From the IMG/VR virus record IMGVR_UViG_3300038315_001610, positions 1 to 46,056 of that record: DNA of 46,056 nucleotides; one strand, 5' to 3'. Position numbers and translations under genes: made by a program. Under the pieces are notes generated by a model. That model was given only the letters and a program-made list of their open reading frames with translations, did not search any database and was not told where the DNA came from. This DNA is from a virus. Taxonomy: Duplodnaviria; Caudoviricetes. Of this stretch, positions 19,001-27,767 are shown piece after piece; the first letter of the stretch is position 1, and each line of letters opens with the position of its first letter.

Positions 19001-20628
19001 AGTATAAGACTGCGGAGGAGTTTGTGAAGGCACAGCCAAAGGTGTTTCATGGAGGAAGAACAGAAGTTACGGAATTTAAGGGAGCAAAAATTAGTACATA
19101 TGCTGATGAAAGAGGGGCATTATTCGCATCTACTGATAAACAGGTTGCAGAAAGTTTTGGGGAAAAGACAACAGAGGTTTTTCCAAATTTCAAAAATCCT
19201 CTAATTGTAGATGCAAAGAAGAATAATTATTTTGAAATTCCAATTACTAAAGAATTACGAAAAGATATACACATCAGCCATAAAACTATAGACACTGACT
19301 CTATTGTGGAAATAGCACAACAGCGTGGACATGATGGGGTAATTATCAAGCGAGTTATAGAAGGAGCTGGAGAGTTTGACCCATCAGATGCAAGAGATTT
19401 ATATGTTGGACTTTCAAAAAACTCAATCCTTACCAAATCCCAACTCACCGACATCTATAACCAAGCAAAGAAGTCACCGAAGTTTCAACCAACTGCAAGC
19501 ACCCCTAAAGATCCTATGGCAGAAAAAGCAAAGGAGTATGGGAGTGCAGCAGAATTTCAAAAGGCATTAGACATAAACTACGAAGACAGTTGGCGTGGTG
19601 CTAAACATAAAAACGCTGACAAATTGAGCGAGGCATTTGATGGCTACTATTTCCATGGGACTGACAGTGTGGATAGTATAAAATCAACAGGCTGGCAAAA
19701 GAGGGGAGATTATTTCAACAGTGGTGTGTACTTTGCCAACACGCCAGATGAATCAATAAGGTATATGAAGCAACTCAGGGGAGGGGGAAAAGAAAAAGGT
19801 GTGATAGCTATAAAACTGGACGACTTAAGGATTAAAAGGCTGGACGACCCAGAAGGAGTAAGGCATGTTAGCAAAGTAAATCCAGGTGTAGAAGAAATGG
19901 TAGAGAAATTGAAAAGGCAAGGATACGATGGCATACGAGATGAATGGCAGACGCTGGTTTGGAATACAGATAAATTGCCAGAAGCTCAAACTCTTAAAGA
20001 CATCTACAACCAAGCAAAGAAGTCGCCAAAGTTTCAGAAGGCAGCAAAAGTGCCAGAACCTGGAGATCCAGACTTCCCATTCCCGCACATAAAAAACTTT
20101 GACGAGGATGCCCTGTTTGATGAAACTTACAGGAAAGGGAAGAAGAATTACAAACTCGTGCACACGACCAGCAGATCTGGTGCAGCTGGTGATGCTGGCG
20201 AAGGGGGAATGTGGTTTGATGTTGCTGGCGGTTTTTCTGACGAAATTTTCAGTAATCAGGGTGCGGAAGCAGGAGAGTGGATGACGCAGGGTGTGTACAA
20301 TGTTAAGCTGGATAATCCGCTAGTCGAGTATACCACAGCTGATGTGATACGCAAGCTATGGGGCAAGGGCAAAAAGAAGCCAAAGGAGATAAAAGAATAT
20401 CTTAAGCACCATGGCGACGATTTTGATGAGGATCTTGGCGATGGGTTTATTGCAGACGACGAATTTGCTGGTGAGATAGATGTTGCCATTGCAAAAGAAG
20501 CAAAGAAACAAGGTTATGATGCTGTGTGGTATGAAGACAGAGGGCATGGCGGTGAAGAGATCCAACTTTTGGATGGCAAAAAAGCAAAACTTGAACATGT
20601 GTTAGACGCTGAATACGGAGGCGACTAA
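16033..20628 (+). CDS. Large polyvalent protein with HExxH peptidase-like domain and three ART-fold-like modules
   Basis: 1531 aa; HEAVH at 18433-18447; motifs FHG..LFAST..KNPL..HDGV, FHG..GVYFA..GYDGI, LVH..MWF..DNPL..GYDAV. Confidence 0.7.
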   Translation: MVRNPIDPTSLGNPKTLTGAGSTLLNQLEEEGVVPGQEPERNPMVPDLPDLSPPEGALDVISNLGQSAEHFLTQSVPQSAQENIAGLAQMVAHPVQTGQFLGRAALGGVEHGLRGLVGLGGRFGADEEKVARLQMGLKSSQNELNLESAKLVADVFKSRYGSTESAINTMYSDPFGFMGDLAMTLGISAGTARGAARLARMERMAHRLAQVQRAADVVDPIVLASKGALEVARPLYQVAQENLTTKVLSRLEGHREVKPQFILDQAKRSDIRQAESQMIERVLADMDVPEGGRIDVQEFNDRVQTELLPLEASDATEAKFAQRGHDNVFTNELRRPRYEEKATLPQDVRGNVANYIERVYESPIKTSAGHMGLDTGNYFAHARIEDIADQLPDRINMDPAEYAEALKDPTNIRLRRIIEVQSDLFQKGRLKKEALPIGNIHYKDVDDVIHVARNRDLSADQIEDLIDRHSLSEIHAEPIRKRISDGIRSDGRPILFTAQGKGSLEKLAKRLEDVPNDTFRKRSAELAPLQPYRNTWHERILREEIQRAAADGKTKLQLPTGETAMQIEGLGGGVGDWLDESGRTVTDLQDHELGIVRNARTGEERVVIGEGPGDVYYSVQKEKYDEVFQDEFVDWLEDNDYDLDPYSNKGNAKLAKLEEQFRDNEFEPFVLSDHFEQIQTSSGIENHPVYKFYEGDIPKFLKKIHPEMRRAKDGQGVEWFEIDLTEADATKPIEAFQQALAENPIPPAEAESMVRQFFDEKEVPIEFVDNIQTPAAEQALGVYYDGMISFIQNPDATTPAHEAVHAYMDLFTAADRKTAILAEVQKRFDIADATAAEERLADLFVEYTRGGKVTLGTKMKAYFDQVIQGIKSLVGKEDKVKQLFADLVTRKREVDADLADQGVFISPEARASGVMKDAAMGRLGSVDEAIQAYGLKSGDVDALRNETAALEAMGGTDEALGMMDEVARRLEEQKFQPADISQSLLDEVGKYKTAEEFVKAQPKVFHGGRTEVTEFKGAKISTYADERGALFASTDKQVAESFGEKTTEVFPNFKNPLIVDAKKNNYFEIPITKELRKDIHISHKTIDTDSIVEIAQQRGHDGVIIKRVIEGAGEFDPSDARDLYVGLSKNSILTKSQLTDIYNQAKKSPKFQPTASTPKDPMAEKAKEYGSAAEFQKALDINYEDSWRGAKHKNADKLSEAFDGYYFHGTDSVDSIKSTGWQKRGDYFNSGVYFANTPDESIRYMKQLRGGGKEKGVIAIKLDDLRIKRLDDPEGVRHVSKVNPGVEEMVEKLKRQGYDGIRDEWQTLVWNTDKLPEAQTLKDIYNQAKKSPKFQKAAKVPEPGDPDFPFPHIKNFDEDALFDETYRKGKKNYKLVHTTSRSGAAGDAGEGGMWFDVAGGFSDEIFSNQGAEAGEWMTQGVYNVKLDNPLVEYTTADVIRKLWGKGKKKPKEIKEYLKHHGDDFDEDLGDGFIADDEFAGEIDVAIAKEAKKQGYDAVWYEDRGHGGEEIQLLDGKKAKLEHVLDAEYGGD
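19450..20036 (+). repeat. Intragenic 38-nt direct repeat pair (19450-19487 and 19999-20036)
   Basis: 35/38 identical; the three differences are synonymous; both copies encode DIYNQAKKSPKF(Q). Confidence 0.9.
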
Positions 20629-20716
20629 GCCTAAATTGAGGTGCACCAACCTTTGATAACTTTCTTTAAAATTCTTTCCCCGACATCCTGTTTCTGTTTC
20701 CCTACTCCCTTAAACT

Positions 20717-21013
20717 ATGAACATTGGAGGAATCAATACACCATTCGATGATTGCGATTCTGATTCGCAGTCCATCGATACAAGTGGTGGCACACTTGCA
20801 GCACTCTTTACAAATCTCACACTGACTAAGTGCAGAGGAGTTTCAATACAAAACAGGGGAAGCGCAAATGTGAGGATTGGAAGCACTGCCGCAACGGCAA
20901 GATTTAATATTCTGCCAGGAGCAACTTATACCGCTTATGCTAAGGATCTTGCTAAGATTGCAATTATTGCAGCATCTGGAACGCAGACAGTGGACATCTT
21001 TGTAGCTATTTAA
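20717..21013 (+). CDS. Small beta-sandwich virion-type protein
   Basis: 98 aa, IQNRGSANVRIG..ILPG pattern. Confidence 0.6.
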   Translation: MNIGGINTPFDDCDSDSQSIDTSGGTLAALFTNLTLTKCRGVSIQNRGSANVRIGSTAATARFNILPGATYTAYAKDLAKIAIIAASGTQTVDIFVAI

Positions 21014-21024
21014 CCCACTGAATT

Positions 21025-21846
21025 ATGCAAATGGGCAATACATTCTCGGCAATTGGCAGATTCGCAGCTGTTACTGCAGTCTCGTTGATGACTTTATATA
21101 CTGGTGCACACTTCATGGTGAAGGACGATGACACTGGCGTGGCTCTCATCGATTGTAGCGGGACTGGTTGTATCATGGGTGTTTCCCTTACAGTGCAAGG
21201 GACTAAATTGAGCACAGGAGCAACTTTAACACAGGCTTCGACAGATAATCGTTATATCAGACGTGCTGGTAATGCAGTTCAATCTCCATCAATGACTGGC
21301 GCACTTGTTATTCAGGGTGCGAATGTTGTAGCTTCTGGTGCGATAATAACTGCAAATGCGACAATAAGTGGTGTGCTCTCAGTAGATGGTGCCACCTCTT
21401 TCCAAGAAAATGTAACACTAAGTAATGGTGCTGATCTGTCTATGACTGGTGCAGCGGTTAGCGCAACAGGTTCTACAAGACGTTACGTTGTCTTACACTC
21501 TGGATCGGGCACTAGCGCAGCTACAGGTGTAAACGTACTAGGAGGATTCCAGTCGCCCATCGTTGGTTCGATTACTCAGGTTAAATGTTATGTTGGAGAG
21601 GCAGGGAATAACGGATTAACTTCGTTTGATGTAACAGCAGGAGGCACTAGCGTAACTTCGACCAACTGTACCGTAGATGCTACGGAGGTATCTAGCACAA
21701 CGGCAGCGACCCCACCCGTAGTGGACACAGCTAATAACTCTCTTACAGAAGGAGAATTGATTAAAGTCGATATGAACTCACCCTCAACCACATCCCCTAT
21801 TACTTTTGCCGTAGAGCTTACTATTGATGTAACCACCTTTCCCTAG
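21025..21846 (+). CDS. Fibre/structural protein with N-terminal hydrophobic helix
   Basis: T/S/G-rich; DNRYIR..MTGAL fibre-like repeat; C-terminal beta sandwich. Confidence 0.55.
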   Translation: MQMGNTFSAIGRFAAVTAVSLMTLYTGAHFMVKDDDTGVALIDCSGTGCIMGVSLTVQGTKLSTGATLTQASTDNRYIRRAGNAVQSPSMTGALVIQGANVVASGAIITANATISGVLSVDGATSFQENVTLSNGADLSMTGAAVSATGSTRRYVVLHSGSGTSAATGVNVLGGFQSPIVGSITQVKCYVGEAGNNGLTSFDVTAGGTSVTSTNCTVDATEVSSTTAATPPVVDTANNSLTEGELIKVDMNSPSTTSPITFAVELTIDVTTFP

Positions 21847-21849
21847 TGC

Positions 21850-22746
21850 ATGAAAAAGCTATCTATCTCACAGGCAAAGCGAATAACAGCCTCAATAGCT
21901 TTGGTAAGTTCATGCGTGTTCTTTTTTAATGTTGGGCATGTTACTGCGGCAACCGATCTACCTGCTAACGCTGACCTACCTCAGAATGGTAATATAGTTG
22001 GACGTTGGTATTTAGATGAAGCATCTGGAACGAGGGCTGACTATTCTGGTAATGGCTTCACTCTAACGGATAATAATACAGTTTTGGCAGCAACAGGTAT
22101 AAGTGAAAATAATGCAAGTGCGGATAACGCAGCACACTTTGAAGACTCTAATTCCGAATCTCTAAGTAGAGTAGATGAAGCAGAACTTTCTATTACAGGT
22201 GATCTATCACACGCCTTTTGGGTTAAGTTTGAGTCTTTCCCTACTGGAGGTAATCAAATGTATTTCGCAAGTAAATATGATGCCACCAATACCCGTAGCT
22301 GGTATGTACGATATGAAGAAGATAATGGAACGAATTATTTAACATTTTTTTGTTCATCAGCAGGAGTGGGTGGCACATTTGGCACAAGGGTCGCACATAC
22401 ATTATCATCTTTGGCAACGTGGTATCATATCGTGGTTGCGTATGATGCAAGTGCAGGTACAGCAGATTGGTATGTTGGTGGCTCAAGTGTTGGGCAAGCT
22501 ACTGGGCTTCAAAACTCAATAGCAGACTCTAATGCAGCTTTCTATCTTGGAGCATTTGGTTGGGGTCCGGGTAGATTTCTTGATGGAACAATGCAAGACC
22601 ACGTTCTATGGGATACTAAACTAACAAGCGCAGATGCTTTGTCTGATTATCAGGCTTACACAGTAGCAAGTGCAGGTGCGGCGACAACTCCAGCAGGGAG
22701 AGGGATTATTATTATTTTCCACATGGACACTAATAGATATGTATAA
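21850..22746 (+). CDS. LamG/concanavalin-A-like lectin-domain protein
   Basis: WYLDEASGTRADYSGNG, WVK, WYHIVVAYD, FLDGTMQDHVLWDTKL. Confidence 0.85.
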   Translation: MKKLSISQAKRITASIALVSSCVFFFNVGHVTAATDLPANADLPQNGNIVGRWYLDEASGTRADYSGNGFTLTDNNTVLAATGISENNASADNAAHFEDSNSESLSRVDEAELSITGDLSHAFWVKFESFPTGGNQMYFASKYDATNTRSWYVRYEEDNGTNYLTFFCSSAGVGGTFGTRVAHTLSSLATWYHIVVAYDASAGTADWYVGGSSVGQATGLQNSIADSNAAFYLGAFGWGPGRFLDGTMQDHVLWDTKLTSADALSDYQAYTVASAGAATTPAGRGIIIIFHMDTNRYV

Positions 22747-23170
22747 ATACCTAATCGCATTGGCAATATTAACAACTGGCGTGGTCTATGCTCAGGTGAC
22801 TGTAAAAGACGAAGTCAATACTGAGCTGGCTCCAATCTCTGCATCCATTGATCAGAAACAATCTGATTACTTTTCTCAGCATGGCAAATATTGGCAGGGG
22901 ATTAAAACACTAGATGAAGTTACAGAATTAGAGCAAGATTCCCAGAAGAATCGCAAGGCAGATGGCACTGAGGATTGGGTAGAAATGGGAATCCCTATTC
23001 CCAACAAGAGCAAGTATTCCTATCAAGTTGATAACTACAAATCTCCACAAGGTTGGGGCTACACGATCACCACTAAATACAAGGACAAGGGCAATGTTTA
23101 CATGAAAGTTGAAAATCATGGTCCAGAAACTCACAGAGCAAGAGATTGGGCACTTTACAACCCACCGTGA
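22739..23170 (+). CDS. Hypothetical protein with signal-peptide-like N-terminus
   Basis: MYKYLIALAILTTGVVYA|Q. Confidence 0.65.
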   Translation: MYKYLIALAILTTGVVYAQVTVKDEVNTELAPISASIDQKQSDYFSQHGKYWQGIKTLDEVTELEQDSQKNRKADGTEDWVEMGIPIPNKSKYSYQVDNYKSPQGWGYTITTKYKDKGNVYMKVENHGPETHRARDWALYNPP

Positions 23171-23175
23171 ATTTG

Positions 23176-23448
23176 ATGAAACCACCAGATTATCCGCAGG
23201 CAAACAGAAGGTTAGTGCAAATCACATGGCGAGAGCTTGCGGTTGCAGTCATCGGTTTGCTTATGGCAGGAGTCATGTGGTGGATGAGCCACATAGATGC
23301 CACTGTCGACAAGCACGCAGTTAAGATTACTGAGGTGACAACTAAACAAGACAACTTTGAAGCGTGGCTCAAGCGTGTAGAGGAGAAACTGGATGATGCT
23401 TTATTTCAAGGCTTCGGCATAGAATATGAGGAAAGTAAATCTGTCTAA
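23176..23448 (+). CDS. Membrane-anchored coiled-coil protein (lysis-associated)
   Basis: One TM helix plus a coiled coil, directly before the endolysin. Confidence 0.6.
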   Translation: MKPPDYPQANRRLVQITWRELAVAVIGLLMAGVMWWMSHIDATVDKHAVKITEVTTKQDNFEAWLKRVEEKLDDALFQGFGIEYEESKSV

Positions 23449-23965
23449 ATATACGGCTGAAAACTTTGCCAAAGTAAACACTTTGCTCCCGCAATTGCAG
23501 CCAGTGTTTAGGGAATTGCTCTGGCGGTGTGCAATCGCCAATGTGTATGTCCGTGTAGTCTGTGGTTATCGATCTGAAGAAGAGCAGGCTAACAAGTATG
23601 CGCAAGGCAGAACCATTCCAGGAAACATAGTCACCAACGCTAAGGCAGGATGGAGTTTCCACCAGTATAAATGTGCCATGGACATCGTGCCATTGATAAG
23701 GATCAACACCCTCAGGTACCTTGTGCCTTGGCAGGAGAAAGCCATGTTTGCTCAGATCGCCTATCTTGCCTCTGAACTCGGCATAGAACAGCCTATCGCT
23801 TGGGATCTGGGGCATTTGCAGTACGATGGAGGAAACACTATAGAGGAGGCAAAAGACGGGAACATAATCAAAGAACCAAATTTTGAAGCTGTTGCACTCC
23901 CGAAAGAACTTGCTCGTGCAAGGGAAAGGCTTCAGAATGATGGCATTATTCCATTACCCATTTAA
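23426..23965 (+). CDS. Endolysin, M15 (L-Ala-D-Glu peptidase-like)
   Basis: GYRSEEEQ..YAQGRT.PG.IVTNAK.G.S.HQY..AMD and D.GHLQ zinc-ligand motifs. Confidence 0.9.
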   Translation: MRKVNLSKYTAENFAKVNTLLPQLQPVFRELLWRCAIANVYVRVVCGYRSEEEQANKYAQGRTIPGNIVTNAKAGWSFHQYKCAMDIVPLIRINTLRYLVPWQEKAMFAQIAYLASELGIEQPIAWDLGHLQYDGGNTIEEAKDGNIIKEPNFEAVALPKELARARERLQNDGIIPLPI

Positions 23966-23968
23966 AAC

Positions 23969-24274
23969 ATGGACTTTTTAAATCCTTCTCACACATTTGC
24001 TATGGTAGATTTCGTTACTGACCCAGCAATTGCAGCCCTGTTTGCAACTTTTGCAGCAGGACTTACACAAATCGCCAAGGAGACATTCAGCCTGAAGAAA
24101 GCTCTTCACATTAGATTTGTTTCTGTCGCTGCTTTTGCAGGAGGCGCAATGCTCCACTACCTGCTTCCCGATGTCTGGCAACTAATGTTCGATCTTGTTG
24201 CAGGTGGTATCGGAACAACAGGAAGCATCGGGCTTGCTAAAGAATTTGTTCGTGGTGGTCGAAAAGAAGGCTAG
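23969..24274 (+). CDS. Probable holin
   Basis: 101 aa, 2-3 hydrophobic helices, basic C-terminus, follows the endolysin. Confidence 0.65.
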   Translation: MDFLNPSHTFAMVDFVTDPAIAALFATFAAGLTQIAKETFSLKKALHIRFVSVAAFAGGAMLHYLLPDVWQLMFDLVAGGIGTTGSIGLAKEFVRGGRKEG

Positions 24275-24633
24275 TCGCCTGCCCATTCTGTCACCGTGAC
24301 TTCCATATGTGGCTTCTCATCGGAGCCACATTTTCTTTGATCGAATGTTATTCTTGTCCAAGTCCGTGAATCCCGATAAATATGACCATAAGTCTGCAAA
24401 GCATCCACCAGATACTTGCAGCCAGCTGGCACGTTCTGGTCATCTATTAATCTTTTTGCTATTCTTACTATGCGCACTCGCTTTTTACTTCTTTCCGCAG
24501 GACGAGTCCCTGCTGCTTCCCTCACTAACCAAAACCAAAAATCCCTCGCCTCCGAGCGTTTCGTCCAATGCATACGCTCCCATGGATTTTGGGAAGGCGT
24601 CACTTCGTCAATGCATAGATGTAAATCTTCCAT
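24271..24633 (-). CDS. RusA-like Holliday junction resolvase
   Basis: PSQN..MHW, D..N...CKYLVDAL..G.I..DS motif. Confidence 0.7.
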   Translation of the reverse strand: MEDLHLCIDEVTPSQNPWERMHWTKRSEARDFWFWLVREAAGTRPAERSKKRVRIVRIAKRLIDDQNVPAGCKYLVDALQTYGHIYRDSRTWTRITFDQRKCGSDEKPHMEVTVTEWAGD

Positions 24634-24635
24634 AG

Positions 24636-24800
24636 TTAGTCTGGGGTATCTTGCTTGTTGAATTTCTTGAGCTGTTGCTTATTTGGTGGCTTCCAGCGAT
24701 TTGCACCACAGTGTTCACAGTCTGGCAAATTAGTTGTTAGCTCACACCACTGGTTGACTCTGCAATTTTGGCAGATGAGTGGAACAAGGTTAGTCATCAT
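24636..24800 (-). CDS. Small zinc-ribbon protein (54 aa, not in ORF track)
   Basis: Hand translation MMTNLVPLICQNC...DCEHCG; ends 2 nt before the next ATG. Confidence 0.6.
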   Translation of the reverse strand: MMTNLVPLICQNCRVNQWCELTTNLPDCEHCGANRWKPPNKQQLKKFNKQDTPD

Positions 24801-24854
24801 TAAGTGCAGAAACAAGAGCCTTACAACGAGGCTGTTGGATTATTTGGTCGTCAT

Positions 24855-25193
24855 TCATTTTTCTTTTGAAGGATCATACAATTCCATCCCCTTCTCAATC
24901 TCTTTCAATTTCTTGTACAATTCCTCGATCTTCACCATGTTCTCTGCGTACTTCTCAGACATTGCTTCGTATCTTGCTTCCCTTTCCTTCTTTGGTGTCT
25001 TGAAGAGACCATCCCTTCTCATGAGGAGATCATTGGTCTCGTCAATCAGCTCCTTGATTTCCTGTACAAGCTCTTGCCTGTTCTTGTCGGTCGGTTGTCC
25101 AGCCAAGTTAATTTCGAGCCTAGATGCCGATGTAAAGTCACGTTTCTGCACTAAGCGTTTAGACATGTTCTTCTTCGGGGTGAGGAGGGACAT
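24855..25193 (-). CDS. Hypothetical coiled-coil protein
   Basis: 112-aa ORF within the - strand operon. Confidence 0.6.
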   Translation of the reverse strand: MSLLTPKKNMSKRLVQKRDFTSASRLEINLAGQPTDKNRQELVQEIKELIDETNDLLMRRDGLFKTPKKEREARYEAMSEKYAENMVKIEELYKKLKEIEKGMELYDPSKEK

Positions 25194-25431
25194 TTAACAT
25201 CTTGTGCAGCCTGTCACAAATCATTTCCATTTGCTTATTGCTCAATTCAGTGGTTGATTTTTCAATCATCCCGAACATCTGCAAACATAGTTTGAACCCT
25301 GCTCGGAATGTGCTCGGGAATTCGTACACTGGCTTTGCCCCAGCATATGGCAACTTTCCTCTCGCTGATTCTTTGCAAGCCTGCACGAGCAGGACTTCGA
25401 AATGCCGACGGAGATCTAATTGATCTTTCAT
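25159..25431 (-). CDS. NinB-like recombination accessory protein (tentative)
   Basis: KSTTELSNKQMEMICD motif; recombination gene context. Confidence 0.45.
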   Translation of the reverse strand: MKDQLDLRRHFEVLLVQACKESARGKLPYAGAKPVYEFPSTFRAGFKLCLQMFGMIEKSTTELSNKQMEMICDRLHKMLNVPPHPEEEHV

Positions 25432-25805
25432 GCAATCTTAAGTGAGATATCCCTGTCTTTTAACTTAACCATTTTGCCATAAGGCTTGGATTCGGTGAAG
25501 GTGTCAATCGCACCTTCCATGGCTTTCTTGCTTACCGCATCGGTTTCAACCAAATGTCGGCAGATGGATTTCCAGTCTGTGGTCTCTTTATCCACCTTCT
25601 GGAACTGGAAGAACTTGCAAGCAAAATTGCCAACCTCAACTGCTCTAACACGCAGGAGTTTGGCACAGGCATCTTGTTTCGCCTTTGCTTCAAGGTAGTT
25701 TCTAAAACTTGGCTTTTCTTCGAAAGCCACAACTTCTTCCTGAAGCTCATCGACTGTTTCGACGAGTTCATCAGGAGACATTTCTTCTGGATCTAACGGA
25801 GTCAT
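25428..25805 (-). CDS. Hypothetical protein
   Basis: 125 aa; has its own promoter and a CCCCC upstream motif. Confidence 0.7.
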   Translation of the reverse strand: MTPLDPEEMSPDELVETVDELQEEVVAFEEKPSFRNYLEAKAKQDACAKLLRVRAVEVGNFACKFFQFQKVDKETTDWKSICRHLVETDAVSKKAMEGAIDTFTESKPYGKMVKLKDRDISLKIA

Positions 25806-25835
25806 GTTGCTCGGGGGTAGAAATTAAACAGGTTC

Positions 25836-25864
25836 ATTATGCCTGATAGGCACAGGGAAAGCAA
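25836..25864 (-). promoter_or_regulatory. Sigma70-type promoter TTGCTT-N17-CATAAT
   Basis: One of five near-identical intergenic elements; CCT-ATC-AGG in the spacer. Confidence 0.75.
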
Positions 25865-25865
25865 G

Positions 25866-26537
25866 TTATTTTTTGTAAGCTGGGCAAAGGTTCTTCCACG
25901 GACACCAGCGACAAGCATTGCATGGTGTTGCTGGGAACAGGTCAAGCTCAATCATATCGACTGCCCCAAGGAATTTGTCACGGTATCCTTGCACCGCTTC
26001 TGGAGTAACATCCAGAGTAATCACTTGGCATTGTGGATTCTTGTTGGTTGTGACCACGATGTACAGGAATCTTTTCACTTCACTTCTGCCGATCTCTCTC
26101 AATCCCAGTGTGTACGCAAGGTGTTGCTGTTGTTCTTCCACCTTTTCCTTAGTCCACGGTCTGCCACTTGTTTTGAAGTCGACAGCATACTGCACATCAT
26201 CCAACAGCAGGTCGACATAACCAAACAAAGTCTGGTTCCCGAGATCTGCTTTAAGTTGGTATTCACATGTCTTTCCTTCTTCCAACTGCGAATGTGGCAA
26301 TGCTTTAACATCGTGGTGATCGTACATTGCTCTCAGCATTTTGCACACCAGTGGGTCTTCGCAGTTCCCGATGTCTTGCAAGTGCCAAGTTTCGTACGCC
26401 ATGCTGTGGAATGCCTGACCGAGAGCTGCTGCTGGACCCATTGGATCTGGCAACTTCTCGACGTACTTAAAAGCGTATCTACGAGGACATTCACAATAAA
26501 TTGCAATGGAACTAGGTGATTCGGCTCTTCTTCTCAT
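25866..26537 (-). CDS. PD-(D/E)XK exonuclease, Cas4/RecB-like with Fe-S cysteines
   Basis: SPSSI..CPRRY, G.AFH, GYVDLL..VDFKT, C..C.WC.....C. Confidence 0.85.
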   Translation of the reverse strand: MRRRAESPSSIAIYCECPRRYAFKYVEKLPDPMGPAAALGQAFHSMAYETWHLQDIGNCEDPLVCKMLRAMYDHHDVKALPHSQLEEGKTCEYQLKADLGNQTLFGYVDLLLDDVQYAVDFKTSGRPWTKEKVEEQQQHLAYTLGLREIGRSEVKRFLYIVVTTNKNPQCQVITLDVTPEAVQGYRDKFLGAVDMIELDLFPATPCNACRWCPWKNLCPAYKK

Positions 26538-27619
26538 TTGGCTTCGAGTAATTTATCTAAAAAGGGATTCTCCTCTTCCTGTGGAGCTGGGGATTCAGGT
26601 GGAGGTGGAGTGTCTTCAGTCTTGTCTGCAAACTCCTCTTCGAGGATTGTGGAGATTCTCTGGGCTTTGTCCATGCCAGTGTAATCCACACCCAATTCCT
26701 CAAGGATTGGTTTCAAATCCACTGATTTCATTTTTTGCAATTCAGCCAGCCTGCCTTCTTTTGTTCCTGTGCCAAACACCTCCTCTGCAGCTTCTGCTGT
26801 ATCCACCACTTCTGGCTTGCCAGCTTTGAGCATCTTCACTTTGTTGGCATAAGCAGTTGACAGCTGTCTTGCCGCATGCGCTCCCCAGCTCTCGTTTGTT
26901 ATAGCTTCTCTGCATGCCTCCAAATCTTCCTCTGTTTCTGCGACATTCAGCATATCCAAGATGCCTTGAGCATCCTCTGGCAATACTTCTTCAGCTTCCA
27001 CCACTTCTGCCTTTTGCTCCTGTTTGGTCTTCAGTTTGTCGGGAACATCTTCTGCTGGTTGCACATCAACCACATCCCAAGCATCTCTCACCTCTGCCCC
27101 ATGCAAAACTTCTGGGCAATAGAATCTTCCTGCATCTTCCACCACTTTCCACATCAGCATGTTCCTTGGCCATTTCTTCCAGTTATCTTTGCCAAGCAGG
27201 CTGGTAAAATCCTGTGTGGTGAATTCAATTTTGTACTCTGGTCTATCTTTGTATTTGAATGTAGCTGATGCTTTCTCATCGGTTCTCTCGTGCCACTCTA
27301 TTTGCACACCTGCTTCCATCATCTTTTGCAAGTACACTTTGCCTTCAACTCCAACTCTGCCATTTATCAGGTAGAGAGAATTGATAGATTGCATGGGAGC
27401 CAATCCCATTTCTAATCCAGTTTGCACTACAACAATCGCTTTTGAAGCGTTGTTGATTGTAGAAGGCAAGGCTCCAGATTGTGCGAATTTCTGGCACATG
27501 AGTTCCATCGTTTGCCATGCTCCTTTGTCAAAGAAAAGATTCTTGACAGCTAACGTGCGGGAAACACGAGGATCATTGTCGGGAAGATCCTGCACCTTGA
27601 TATCAGTTTCATCTGCCAT
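26534..27619 (-). CDS. RecT-like single-strand annealing protein with C-terminal HeH-like domain
   Basis: GLEMGLAPMQSINSLYLINGR, NWKKWPRNML, FYCPEVLHG; adjacent to the exonuclease. Confidence 0.75.
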   Translation of the reverse strand: MADETDIKVQDLPDNDPRVSRTLAVKNLFFDKGAWQTMELMCQKFAQSGALPSTINNASKAIVVVQTGLEMGLAPMQSINSLYLINGRVGVEGKVYLQKMMEAGVQIEWHERTDEKASATFKYKDRPEYKIEFTTQDFTSLLGKDNWKKWPRNMLMWKVVEDAGRFYCPEVLHGAEVRDAWDVVDVQPAEDVPDKLKTKQEQKAEVVEAEEVLPEDAQGILDMLNVAETEEDLEACREAITNESWGAHAARQLSTAYANKVKMLKAGKPEVVDTAEAAEEVFGTGTKEGRLAELQKMKSVDLKPILEELGVDYTGMDKAQRISTILEEEFADKTEDTPPPPESPAPQEEENPFLDKLLEAK

Positions 27620-27749
27620 GTGAATTGGGGGAAGGTTGAGTAAAATGGATTATCCTCTTTCTAAACATTATGACAAGCACAATGGCTTCCACAGTTACAG
27701 CGACTGCAACACCGAGGATGAAGTGGAATAAATAAAGATACATTTCCAT
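27609..27749 (-). CDS. Small membrane peptide (46 aa, not in track)
   Basis: MEMYLYLFHFILGVAVAVTVEAIVLVIMFRKR...; TTCCCCC upstream. Confidence 0.6.
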   Translation of the reverse strand: MEMYLYLFHFILGVAVAVTVEAIVLVIMFRKRIIHFTQPSPNSHGR

Positions 27750-27767
27750 AGTTATTGGGGGAAAGAA

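Noticed and set aside
19450-20036. DGR template/variable repeat pair
   Set aside because: The repeat is short, differences are synonymous and not confined to adenines, and no reverse transcriptase is present.
25866-26537. CRISPR-associated cas4
   Set aside because: No array or other cas genes are seen; pairing with RecT indicates a recombination exonuclease.
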